From Yuukianura sp. NJ FZ-2021 (Eukaryota), in NCBI GenBank assembly GCA_046563655.1, contig CM102287.1:6944001-7008000 (forward strand): a stretch of 64,000 nucleotides of DNA, in the 5' to 3' direction. The notes under the pieces are model-generated. The model was not told where the DNA came from. It searched no databases and saw only the letters and a program-made list of their open reading frames with translations. Shown in pieces: positions 26,101 to 36,977 of the stretch (positions are counted from its first letter, which is position 1; each line of letters opens with the position of its first letter). Position numbers and translations under genes: made by a program.

Positions 26101-26243
26101 TCAAGATATTCCGAACATGAAAGCAATCCAGGTAACTTACTTCATTCCAGCGTCCTCTGATGTTAAAACCATCTAAAATCACGTTCAAATTCAAAGCCAA
26201 GTTTGATTTAATATTTCAGATAAAAATCGTACACAAGGAATAA
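23177..26243 (+). CDS. Arthropod hemocyanin/prophenoloxidase-family type-3 copper protein with signal peptide, multi-exon
   Basis: Signal peptide MRVLHWLFPVLGLLALVLTKASLA. CuA: LWYFRQDVFANAHHINWH...RHGELFYFMHHEFVGRY. CuB: YGLSFHGFMHQLI...VMISPSTSMRDPMFYAFHKTVDDLF. C domain: HLNYDAFDY, TFRIFLAPR, FCGCGWPRHLLLPKG, YPDSRPLGYPFDR. Last exon IKIVHKE*. Confidence 0.93.
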
Positions 26244-26454
26244 TGAAGATGATCCCTGCAGAACCTTACAACTTGTAGTACAGCTTACATATTATAGGAA
26301 TGCAACAAAAAAAAACGCAAAAGAAAAAAAACCGTCCTGTGACAGCCCAATGTTACTTTATTCTCAAGAATTAAAAGAAAATCAGTTTTCAATTTTCAAT
26401 TTCCAATATCAAGTTTTAGGTTTCGCTTCTGGGTGAGATGCTACGCTGCTGTGA

Positions 26455-27674
26455 TTAGTTATTGATGATATTTTGAATCCAGTCCAAGTATTTTACAACT
26501 TCCGTGTAAACTCCAGGAAACTCGGGTCGAGCACATCTGAAATTATGAAATGCGAATTCATATTTTAGAAAATGCCAAAAAAATTGTCGTCGTCTTAAAT
26601 TTTACCCTTTGCCCCAGCTAACGATTCCAGCCAAATATTCACCATCGTCGAAAGCAACAAGTGGACCACCAGAGTCACCTTGGCACGACTGCGCAAAAGT
26701 TACCAAGAACAAATTAGTTTTTTCTACTGCTGTAGTGTAAATAATTTAATATTTGACTAAACTCAGACAAATTATTAATTTATTTTATCCAAATTCATAC
26801 TTACGTCTTTTCCACCTTCCATTAGCCCAGCCTAAGAACGAAAGAAAAAATGTTAGGACAATATTTAAAAATAGCCAATTTTAAACCAACAATTTTTGCG
26901 CCAAGACGGAATTCCACTTACGCAGATCATGATTTCGCCATCGACGGTGCTGAAGGATCCAGAGTCATAGGCTTCTTCACAAACTGCGTCATCCACAATT
27001 GGAACTTGGACTTTATGAAGGATATCAGGCGAGGAACCACTTTCCTCGAGATCACCCCATCCAGAAGTCTGGACAACTCCGGTTGAAATGTGACCTGCCT
27101 GGGGCAAGGCAATTGGTTGAATTGCGTCATTGAAGACGAGTGGCGTAGCCAATCGTAGAATGGCAATGTCGTTGGCGTTTGTTCCTGTTCCGACTCCAAA
27201 TTCTTCGTGGACGAAGACTTCGGACACTTGATGTACTTGCTCAGTTCCATCGGCAGAGGCAAGGTTAAGCTCTCCAGCAACAATTGTGTACAGAGAAGCA
27301 GGGAGACCCATACAGTGAGCAGCAGTGATGATGTGTGTAGCATCCAGGATTGACCCGCCGCAGTAGTGACTGCTGAACGCTTGAAGAGAAATTTGGTATT
27401 TAATTTCGTTTGGTTTCGCTGGTTCACCTCCGACGATTCCATCTGTAGGTGGAGCTCGGTTGGCCCGCCTCTGCGGTAAACCTGTCAGATTATAAAGATG
27501 GTGATATTTGTGTGCGGTGACAAAAAAAAATAAGACTTGGTAAGTGACCTCAACGTGACCTCGTGCGATATATATTTAGTTAAATTTTTGGATTTCTAAA
27601 ACTTCGAAGTGTTTAGGGTTACCTTGAACAATTGTTGCGGCTGCAACGAGCGCTAAAATTGCAAGACCCTTCAT
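26455..27674 (-). CDS. Trypsin-like S1A serine protease, copy 1 (acidic)
   Basis: Signal MKGLAILALVAAATIVQ|G, propeptide ...RAPPTDG-IVGGEPA, then HYCGGSI, TAAHC, NDIAIL, GGKD|SCQGDSGGP (Asp189, Ser195), GIVSWGKG and PGVYTEV. Ends DWIQNIINN*. Confidence 0.95.
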
Positions 27675-29020
27675 TTTTTGTGTTTTCAAATTTACAATAA
27701 GAAACTAGAATTTCAAAAAAATGAAAATTGCTTTACAATTGCAACTGAATTGTGAAAGAGAATAGGGCCGCTTTTTATACAAAATGATTGCACATTAAAA
27801 AATGAATCTGGGTTTTTCTTTTGAAAGATACATATTATCGGTGTGATATATTTCTGGAAATTTCAAAAGTTGCAACGTCCTTACAGTTGAGGTCTGGCAC
27901 AGTTGTTCAGGAATTTAGAAATAATTGTTAAGACTCCACACATGTTGTAATATGATCAACCTGGACTTTTTCTATTATCGCTGTTTAAATCAAGTTCAAA
28001 ATCCAGGAAAAAACTTTTTCTTTTGAAGTGGGTGATTAAAAATCATTGCGAATATTAAATTGACACAATAATCCAATGTAAAATTCAGCCAATTATTGCG
28101 CCAATTGTTGAAGGAACTTTTAGTTTATTTTTTAAGTTTACTTTTTTGAACATGTTTCTAAATCGGTAGTGAAATTAATTTCTACAAAAACGTTTAAGTT
28201 TTAGACAAAGAATGTGAGAAAGAAAAAGTCACTCAAAAAGCATTCACAGCAGAATTTCAAAACGAATCCCTCGGTGTATGTAAGGTTTCATCATTCCGAA
28301 ATTCTGAACCATGAAATGTCCGGTTCACAGTTGCTTTGTGTTCAAACAAATGTTGTCAAAGTCGCAGCAATTAGAATTTTGTTTTCGAATCCACGCAAAT
28401 TGGCTTAAGTAGAATTCTTTCTACGTAAAATTTTCACAAAACGTCAGTTAAATATACATGTGAATACGTCCCAATTTGAATTGCTTGAACGAGAACCCCA
28501 GAACTCGAGAACTCGAGAGCTCGAGAACGAGAATGAGAACGAGAAAAGGCTCGATTTGATTAATTAAAATTAGTTTAAAACCATTCAAGTAGAGTTTAGC
28601 AAATTTGCCGACAATTCCTAGACATTTTTTTTTACAAAAATCGTCAGCTTTTCAGCTAAAATATTTTTTTCCTTCCCAAGTTTTACGAAATTTCACAGAT
28701 AAGACGCGTCTTATCTGCGAGAAAATAGGGTAGTACTCTTTGGGAACGGGTAGGCGTTTTTATACTTCCACCATTTCATTTCCCATATTTTCACTTTTTC
28801 ACCTTTTTCTTGCGACATTCGAGCGTTATTTCCGACCAAATGAATCCCCTCACCTGCTACTGCTACCAATATTAAGTTCTTGTACAAATAGAGCTAAACT
28901 ATATTTCTACTTTTTTGTCAGGCTTTCGGTATTTCGAATTTCAATATTTTATTTTGTGGCGTTCTGTGGTGTACAGAAAGTATCTTAGGTGACAAAAGTG
29001 TTAATTTCCAGTTTTTAATT

Positions 29021-30185
29021 TCAGTTGTTAATGATACTGTTGATCCAGTCCAAGTATACGACAACTTCGGTGTAAACTCCTGGGAAGTCTGGTTCAGCAC
29101 ATCTACGTATACAAAGAAAGTTTTTTTAAGTTGAAGTAGAATATTTTTTGAATCATATATTTTCAGATTTATAATTCTGGGTTTGTATTCTTCATACCCT
29201 TTTCCCCAGCTAACAACTCCAGCCAAGTATTCACCATCGTCGTATGCAGTCAGCGGACCACCAGAGTCACCTTGGCATGACTATACACAAAAATTAAATT
29301 AAATTTTTTATCTTATGTTCAGGACTTTGCTTAAAACACTTTTTCCAAAAACTTACATCTTTGCCTCCTTCCAAGTATCCAGCCTGGAGTTACAGAAAAA
29401 AAATATACATGTGGATCTCAAAATTTTGTGAGGTAAGAAATTCATAGATCCAGCTCAAATAGTTGCTACACTTACGCAAATCTGGATGTCTCCGTTAACT
29501 GTCCACGCTGTACCGGCTTCATAATTTTGCTCACAAACTGCATCATCTACAATTGGTACTTGGACTTTGTGGAGTTTATCGGGACCTGGAAAACCAGCTC
29601 GCAGAGCTCCCCATCCAGCAGTCTGCACCATTCCACTGGAAATGTGACCCGGTTTGGGGAGAGCAATAGGTTGAACTGCGTCTGAGTAAACAAGGGGCGT
29701 GGCCAGACGCAGAATGGCAATGTCATTGGCGTTCGTTCCGTCTCCGTTCTCGTAGTCTTCATGGATAAAGATTTCGGAGATGGCGATATTTTGTTCCGTA
29801 CCGTCAGATTCTTCAATGCTGTATTCTCCGGCTACAATGGAGTAGTATTGTGCAAAGCCCTCGGCGCAATGAGCTGCCGTGATGAGATGGCGCTCATTGA
29901 CAATTGACCCACCGCACCAAAGGCCACCAGCGAAACGCATGGAAACAATGTATGGAATTTCATTGGGAGCTGCCGGTTCGCCGCCGACAATGTCTGAAGA
30001 GGGAGCTCGGAACGGCACCCTTGGGAATCCTGGAAATTCAAAATTGAAAAATTTTGAAATAATTTGCTGATGTTTTTCACTTTTGAATTTGAAATCAAGA
30101 CTTTTTTCAATGAAGATCCATAGTCATACTTCAACTTACCTTGGGCCACCGCCACTACAACAGCCAATAACAAAGTAGATTTCAT
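29021..30185 (-). CDS. Trypsin-like S1A serine protease, copy 2 (tandem paralogue)
   Basis: Signal MKSTLLLAVVVAVAQ|G, propeptide ...PFRAPSSD-IVGGEPA, then WCGGSI, TAAHC, NDIAIL, GGKD|SCQGDSGGP, GVVSWGKG and PGVYTEV. Intron positions match copy 1. Confidence 0.95.
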
Positions 30186-30242
30186 TGCGAGCGTGTTTTC
30201 GTAATAAAGCATGAAACTCCATCGTTGCAATTTCTGCCTTTG

Positions 30243-30789
30243 TTTTTATAACGAATGTTCTGTAATCAGTTTAGCTAAAGTTGAAGTGGATGGATTTACA
30301 TTATGAACTTTTGGAGAATTTGGTTTCGAAAGTTTGTTAAAATTTTGGAAAATTCAAATCTGAATTGGTAAATCCTTGCAGGTGGGCTAATCAATATTTA
30401 ATCAGTTTCATGGAATTGAGGAGTCAACAAGTAATTAACTGAAAGTCCCACAATTAATTAAAACAGCAAATTAAACTAATACTTAAACTGTTGTTAACGT
30501 GTCGAAATAATCCAAAACCATAATTGGTTCAAGAAGACCCGCTGGTTCAACTTTGACCAAATCGGTTTACACGGAATTTAACTCTCTAGGATCATAACTT
30601 CGACATTTCCACAAAGTTTTACTAATAAACTGTGATAAGATAAGAGATAAGCCGAGTGTAGTGTAAAGTAGCAGGTAATTGGAGTAACAATTTACCAGGT
30701 GATTGATTGTGATTAAAAATTTTGGAATCTCGTAAAATGATGTAGCCTTCAATTGATATTGCGATAAATCGAATCTCTTCTTATAAATA
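30243..30789. promoter_or_regulatory. Divergent promoter region shared by trypsin 2 and the subtilase, with TATA boxes and a GATA-site cluster
   Basis: Minus-strand TATAAAA at ~30243-30250 lies ~60 bp upstream of the trypsin ATG. Plus-strand TATAAATA at 30782-30789 lies ~55 bp upstream of the subtilase ATG. tgataagataagagataag at 30633-30651 holds three WGATAA sites. Confidence 0.6.
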
Positions 30790-30843
30790 CTTTTAAAAAA
30801 TTCGGAGGTGAAGTTTTTGTTTGGATTCCTCTCTATCGGCGAA

Positions 30844-33112
30844 ATGCTCAAACTTCTTCTAGTAGCGTCACTGTTGGTGGCGCTGGTGGCTGCGACGCCT
30901 GTTAAAATCAATCCAGCTCTAGAGCGATCTCTACTGGAGAATGGAGTAGCTAATGTCTTCATCAACCTTGAACCTACGACGCAAATCACTAAGCAATTGA
31001 AGTCTGCCAAATTCAATTCTCGAGCTGAACGAAAGTCGGTCGTCGCAAATTCCCTCAAACGCCATGCGCAGGAGACTCAAGCGTCATTGCTGGAATTCCT
31101 TGCAACGCAGTCTGGAATTGCGGTCGAAAGTTTCTGGATTTCCAACCAAGTGTATGTACAGAATGCCAATACAGCTCTGGTCCATGCTCTTGCGCGTAGG
31201 TCTGACGTCCTTTCAATCCGGGAAGAGATCAAGTCACCCAAGATTTACCCTGTACAAACACCGCATATACCCTCTGCAAATGCGCCGAATGCAATCGAGT
31301 GGGGGTTGGAGAGAATCGGCGTTCAACCTGTTTGGGATTCAGGAATCAATGGTTGGTTTTTTTTAACATCAAAAATGCAACGCAAAAAAACTAACTTTGA
31401 AATCTAGCAAAATATATTTCTTAAACCAAACGTTTTCTTTGTAACAGGTACTGGCATCCGAGTTGGAATTCTGGACACTGGTAAACTGCCCTCCACATAG
31501 TCCATTCTCCTTCTATGCCATTATTTCGAAGGAATTGCTTCAAATCGAATTGCTTCGAAAGATAAATTATTTCAAAAGGCCAATTTTTTTAAACAGAATT
31601 ATTTCGAAAAGCATTATTCCAAAAGGCCTACTGCTTCAAAAGGCTATTTTTTAAAACAAAATTGTTTCGAAAAGAATTGTTTCAAAAGCTGAGTTGTTTC
31701 GAAAAGACTTTTCTTCAAAACAAGACCTTTCGAAGCAATTCGATTTGAAACAATTCCTTCGAAACAAAGTGGTTCGAAGCAATTCATTTCAACCAATAAA
31801 GTGATTCGAAACAATTCATTTGAAGCAATGGTGTACTTCAAGCACCCTACAGTTGATAGACAAAATTAAAGACGAAACTCATTGTTAAACAGGAGTGCTT
31901 CCAACTCACGAGGCCCTTCGTGACAATTACGTGGGAGAGTACGGTTGGTTTGCTCCAATATCCCGAACTGAATATCCAGAAGACTCCGGGGGTCATGGAA
32001 CCCACGTGATGGGTACCATCCTTGGCCAAGGCGGAATCGGAGTTGCTCCGGGCGCTCAATGGATGGCTTGCCAAAACATTCCTGGGGGTGAACGCGAAGA
32101 TCTCGCCTGCGGTCAGAAAAGCATAAAATTAGTTTTTAGTTTTATGCTTAATTTTAAAATTTTAATAAACTTTCTGGGCTAAATTCAGGTGAGTTCATGA
32201 GTTGTCCACATTTGCCTGACGGATCGAATCCAGACTGTACGCAGGCTCCAGACGCCGTGTCCAATAGCTGGTGAGAATTTCATTTGGAAAATACACAGTA
32301 CAAACACACAAATCTGAAAGCATGAGCTGATGTGATTTGACGTTGATCTCAGGGGTTACCCTGCTGAGGGAGTGCCATTCTTTGACCCAGTATTTGAAGC
32401 CTGGGATGCTGCCGGAATCGTGCCAATATTTTCTGCGGGAAATAATGGACCTGCATGTGCTACTGGTGGTTCTCCTGGAGATTCTGCGCACCCTGCACTT
32501 GTAACAGTGGGAGCCACAGACATCGATGAAAAGCTAGCGAGCTTCAGCAGTCGTGGACCATCGCGTTTCGATGTTATCAAGCCTAGTAAGTGGTGAAGCT
32601 ATATTCAGTTAAGAGTTTTGAAGCTTACAGTAAATATATTTGAATTTTGCGAATCATGTCCACAGTTTCTCGGATTCTGGAATTTCAAAAAACATTGTAT
32701 GGATGCTGGTTTTCTTTTTTTTTTTAGATATTGCTGCCCCTGGAGTAGATGTACGATCTTCGTGTACTGGGCATGACTCCGACTACTGCTTTCTTAGTGG
32801 AACAAGTATGGCGGCACCACATGTAGCCGGCGTTGTTGCTTTGATGTTCAGCGCTGAACCGAGCTCGTCCGCGGACGATATACGAACCGGCCTCTACAAC
32901 GAAGCTACTCACACTGTACACAGAGCAAACATCTTTTTTTATATAGTAGATTATAACAAAAATGTTATTATAATTTTTCTATATTTGTAATACAGGTTGC
33001 AGAATCTGTACAGAATTGTGGTGACATTCCTGGGAGCTCCTACCCAAACAACCACGTTGGCCATGGACGTCTCTCAGCATCTTCAGCAATTTCGCTGTTG
33101 GGTAAAAACTAA
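30844..33112 (+). CDS. Secreted subtilisin-like peptidase S8A, bacillopeptidase-F-like, 7 exons
   Basis: Signal [18 protein letters not shown]9-like prodomain ([11 protein letters not shown]), mature start near IEWGLERIG. Asp in VGILDTG|V, His in [10 protein letters not shown], then [11 protein letters not shown] and [10 protein letters not shown]. Oxyanion Asn in FSAGNNG, then FSSRGP and KP|DIAAPG. Ser in [12 protein letters not shown] terminus [18 protein letters not shown]. Confidence 0.93.
31515..31830. repeat. Foldback-like inverted repeat built of ~15-bp ttcgaa/aatt subrepeats, inside subtilase intron 2
   Basis: tttcgaaggaattgcttcaaatcgaattgcttcgaaag (~31524-31561) is the near-perfect reverse complement of ctttcgaagcaattcgatttgaaacaattccttcgaaa (~31727-31764). 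Similar degenerate units run throughout the region. Confidence 0.7.
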
Positions 33113-33449
33113 GATTCTTAACGGCAAAAACCTATCAAAACGAAAATAAAATTCATTGTACTATCTACATTTTGTTCGTTAATTTGTATATACTATAAAA
33201 TTCTCTGTTATTTCACTTACACGGGCCTACACATACGGATTATACGGATATTTTGTGGATCAGGGGTCACTACGGGTTTATTAGCGGAAGCAGATCCCGG
33301 AAATGCTGAGTCGTTTCCAAAATAATTTCAGATGAGGGCAGGCCAGCCATACAGACGGACAAGGTCGATACGTAAAGCGTAAAGTAGCTTTCGCTACTTT
33401 ACTCTAAAAAGCATTCACTTGTTTTCTGAAACGTAAGGATAAATTGCAT

Positions 33450-34745
33450 CAATTATGCGGCTGGGACGTAGAAGGGCGACTTTCGTGTTTACTCCAATAT
33501 TTTCCCGTCGCCTGGGCGATTTTTTGAAAAATTCAGCACTTTAAGGCCTGTTCACACTTTGCCTTTACTCCGATTTTTCGTCGCCGAGTTTTGTTTATAG
33601 TTTTTCTTCAATGTGCGTACTGAATTTTAACGCGCATTCTTTGCGATATCGGAAAAAGAAAAATTTCGCGGATAGATATGCGGATACCTAATAACGAGTG
33701 ACAACCTCCATCCAGCGGATAGCGTAATCACACGTGAAAATCTCCTTCCCGAAACCGCCGCAAGACAGAAATCGCAGATGTGATTCACATGTAAAAATTA
33801 CGACAGAATCACACACCCATCTCGCAGTTGGTAATGCACAATAGAAAAAACCCAGCTGCAGCTAGAGTATGTGAAACTCCCATCAGCGAGCATCGCAGTT
33901 GCACGCAAAAACGTTGGCCATAGAGGCGAGTATTCGAGTATAAAATTCCCATGCGCAGTTGCCGCCTTGCTAAGTGAAAACAAAATGACAATATAAAATC
34001 GCATATTATGTGGACGCAAGCACACAGCTGACACTTTCCGCAAACGATTGCAATAATTGGCGCTGCTTCATTGAGTTTTCAGCTGCGATATTTACATGCG
34101 GTTTCAGCTGCGATTTTGATATGCGGTTATCAGTTTCAACTTTGACGTGCGCTGTTTAGGTCCGATTTCAGCTGTGAGGCTTAGTAGCGATTTTGACGTG
34201 CGATTTAGGCTACAATTTTGATCTGTGATTTCAGCTGCGATATTCACGTGCGATTTCAGCTTCATTTTTTACTTGTGATTACAGTTTAGACGTGTATGTG
34301 CGATTTCAGCAACGATTGAACTGAACCACATTATACTACCATGGTAATTCGTGGGACAAACCAATCTAAGTTTGTGCTTGCAACGAAAGTAGACAGAAAT
34401 TAAAATTTTTGACTTGTTTTTTCAACATTCCTAGAATTCAAAGAGTAGTGACTTTTCTACACTATTTGATTTAGATAATAATATTAAGCCAATAATGGTT
34501 GAAACTATATTATTGGTACATTAAGATCATTATCATTATTATTAATTTATTATTATGACATATAATATTATAAACCAATCCGCGTGCGCCATCTGCGGTG
34601 AATATTATTAGCGCTAAATTACGCTCATGAGTTTACTGTGTGCACCACCCTTAATATTTTGAAATTTTGTCGAAAATCGCCACGGAAAATCGAAAAAAAG
34701 ATGTAAACACGAAACTCGCCCTTCTACGTCCCAACTGCACAATTG
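33450..34745. mobile_element. Non-autonomous TIR element of ~1.3 kb with an internal ~24-bp degenerate tandem array
   Basis: Left end caattatgcggctgggacgtagaagggcgactttcgtgtttac. Right end gtaaacacgaaactcgcccttctacgtcccaactgcacaattg. These are imperfect reverse complements, with similarity extending ~90 bp. An array of tttcagctgcgattttgacgtgcg-like units lies at ~34075-34315. No transposase ORF. Confidence 0.7.
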
Positions 34746-34894
34746 TAACCACACTGAGGACTGAACCAGCGAATCTGACTGAACCTGTCACCGAATCCTC
34801 ATACGCGGCTACAAAATCCGCGGAATAGTCACTAATATTTCTCTCTAATCTCCCGTAACATGGTATTCCTAATGGGCGGATTGCGGATTCCGGG

Positions 34895-36977
34895 ATGTTT
34901 CTGGCACTACAGAGCGGGAAGTGGCTAACTTATTTAGAAAAGGCAGATTCCAGACTTAAAACTGCCCTGCTACTTATGGTTAATGCCCACTCTTAGGTTA
35001 GGTCTTATCCTTGACCTTATCAAAAACTAACATTAAAGTTAAAGCAACATCGGACGGGAATTTGTCCGCAGTCTCTTCGTATGGTGTAAGTGCGTCACCG
35101 TTTTTGATATGGTATGAAGAGACCTGCGGAATCCTCATTCTGTTGTTTAGGGAGACCCCCAAAGGAGTAGAAAAACACATGTTCGCTAACGTCTATTCTG
35201 GAAGCGACGTAAATTACATAATAACCGCACGGTAAGGTGGATTTAAAATTTATTATTTTCAAGATATCTTTTTAATTAACTGAAATAAGTGCGGTTGCGG
35301 TCGTTTCTTTACAAGGACAACATTGGTTTTATACATTCATCAAGTCCAGGACCATATTGTAGTCTTCTCTTACGTCTTAACTTACAACACAACCAAACCA
35401 AACCAGCTCGAGCAATTGGGATTAATCGGTTCTACGGTACAAAGCACTGTCAGTACAAAGGTGAGTTAGGACCTTAAATCACAAAATCCTGAACAACTAA
35501 TAGTTTTATACCGACCTCTCTCATCAAGAGCATTTGTTTGTTTTGATTTACGTGTTTTAAGTCTTGTTTCTTTTTCCAGGAATGGATTTAGAAGAACAAG
35601 TGGAATTTCTGTTTCGTGTTTCTCAGCCAAGTGATGTGAAATGGCAAATTCCGCACTTATCACGAAGTGGAAGTATCGATATAGGCGTCCAAAACGACAA
35701 TAGCTCAAGTTTCTGGGAAGAAGTCGGGCTCAAATGTTTTAGTAGCCATTACGACGGGGCACGTCTCTTCTCATTTCGATTTCCAAATTCTCTGAGTTTG
35801 CTTCAATTAGTCAACATCCTTCGACTCTCGATCGATTGTCCGGATGCGGAGATCCAAGCGGAATCCAAGTATGTTTTAAAGAAGCTTCAGGTAAACCTCT
35901 CAGCATTGAATCAATTTAAATCATAATTTACATTTTTTTAGTCTCATATTATTACTAGCGGTATGAACGAACATTCAATGAGTTAGTATATGAAAACTAA
36001 TTTCAGAGTTACAGCGTATCGGTCCCACAAGCTTTGTTCACAAGTCCGTCAAGTTTCATTCCCCCACTCAAGGTAATGCATTAAGATTCCCACATATCAC
36101 CTCTAAAATCATCAAAAAATTCAGTAGTTATTTTTATGTTTGTCCAGTGTCCACGGGTATCTGTGAGTAGTCGCTGCAGCAGCAGTTCTCGTCAAATATG
36201 TGAAACTGAAAAAAATGGTGCTCAAAGTACAAAGGACAACAAAACTTCTGACTCCCATTCAAATGAAATACTTCATCGCGATCAACAGCCTATTAATGTT
36301 TTATCGGGGTATGAAAAAGCCGTAAGTTAGCAAATCTCACTATTTTCTAAAATGGCTAGTACTAGTACTTAAGTTACAACAAAGTAAGGTCGCAAAACGC
36401 ATACGCAAGCAGGAACGGATCGTATTTAGTAAGTTGGGCAGGGCATGAGGGGCAGACGCAATGGGAGCAAACAGAATATTTTACTGGTGTCGGCCAAAGT
36501 TGTCTGGTAATAGATCGTTACGAGGGAGTTATCGTCACAACATGGCCTCCTGTCCTTGACCTTGCTACACTTTCTCAATCTTATTCGGAGGCAATTGCAA
36601 TCTGGCAATCCATATTATGACATAACTTGTTGTAGTATGTTGCAGTTGTCCATAAACCGTCTGAAGAAAGTTATTTGAAGGTTAAACTTCGATATTTGTG
36701 CCGCGATATTATTTGGTGAAAGCTTTGTTTCTAAATACGTTTTCAGAAAATTGACGCTATGAATTTTCTCCCAACCTGGCTTGTCTGAGCTTCCATTGTG
36801 TATAGTGCTCAGCATTTCAGGAGAGATTATGTTCAGCCCGACTCTGAGCTGTTGCTAGGGACCAATTTTTTTCGTCTAGTAGAAGAATATGGACCAGAAA
36901 AACTGTGTAGAGAAATCCGTATCCGTAGAAGAAATGAGGCGTCCAATCTCATCAGAGCTTTGAAGCTTGATGCTTGA
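34895..36977 (+). CDS. Uncharacterised multi-exon gene (5' end uncertain)
   Basis: Chain of short phase-compatible exons: GMDLEEQVEFLFRV...YVLKKLQ (35580-35890) | SYSVSVPQALFTSPSSFIPPLK | CPRVSV...GYEKA | VAKRIRKQERIVF | RYEGVIVTTWPPVLDL... | YVAVVHKPSEESYLK | ...RDYVQPDSELLLGTNFFRLVEEYGPEKLCREIRIRRRNEASNLIRALKLDA*. No family recognised. Confidence 0.5.

Noticed and set aside
28488..28553. gaactcga/gaacga short repeats
   Set aside because: Short degenerate microsatellite with no further structure.
30567..31058. 163-aa minus-strand ORF, and similar antisense ORFs over the P450, GPCR, sestrin and GARS exons
   Set aside because: Antisense shadows of well-supported coding exons with no independent motifs.
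30844..33112. Bacterial contamination as the source of the subtilase
   Set aside because: Six GT-AG introns, a TATA box, a downstream aataaa and contiguity with animal genes.
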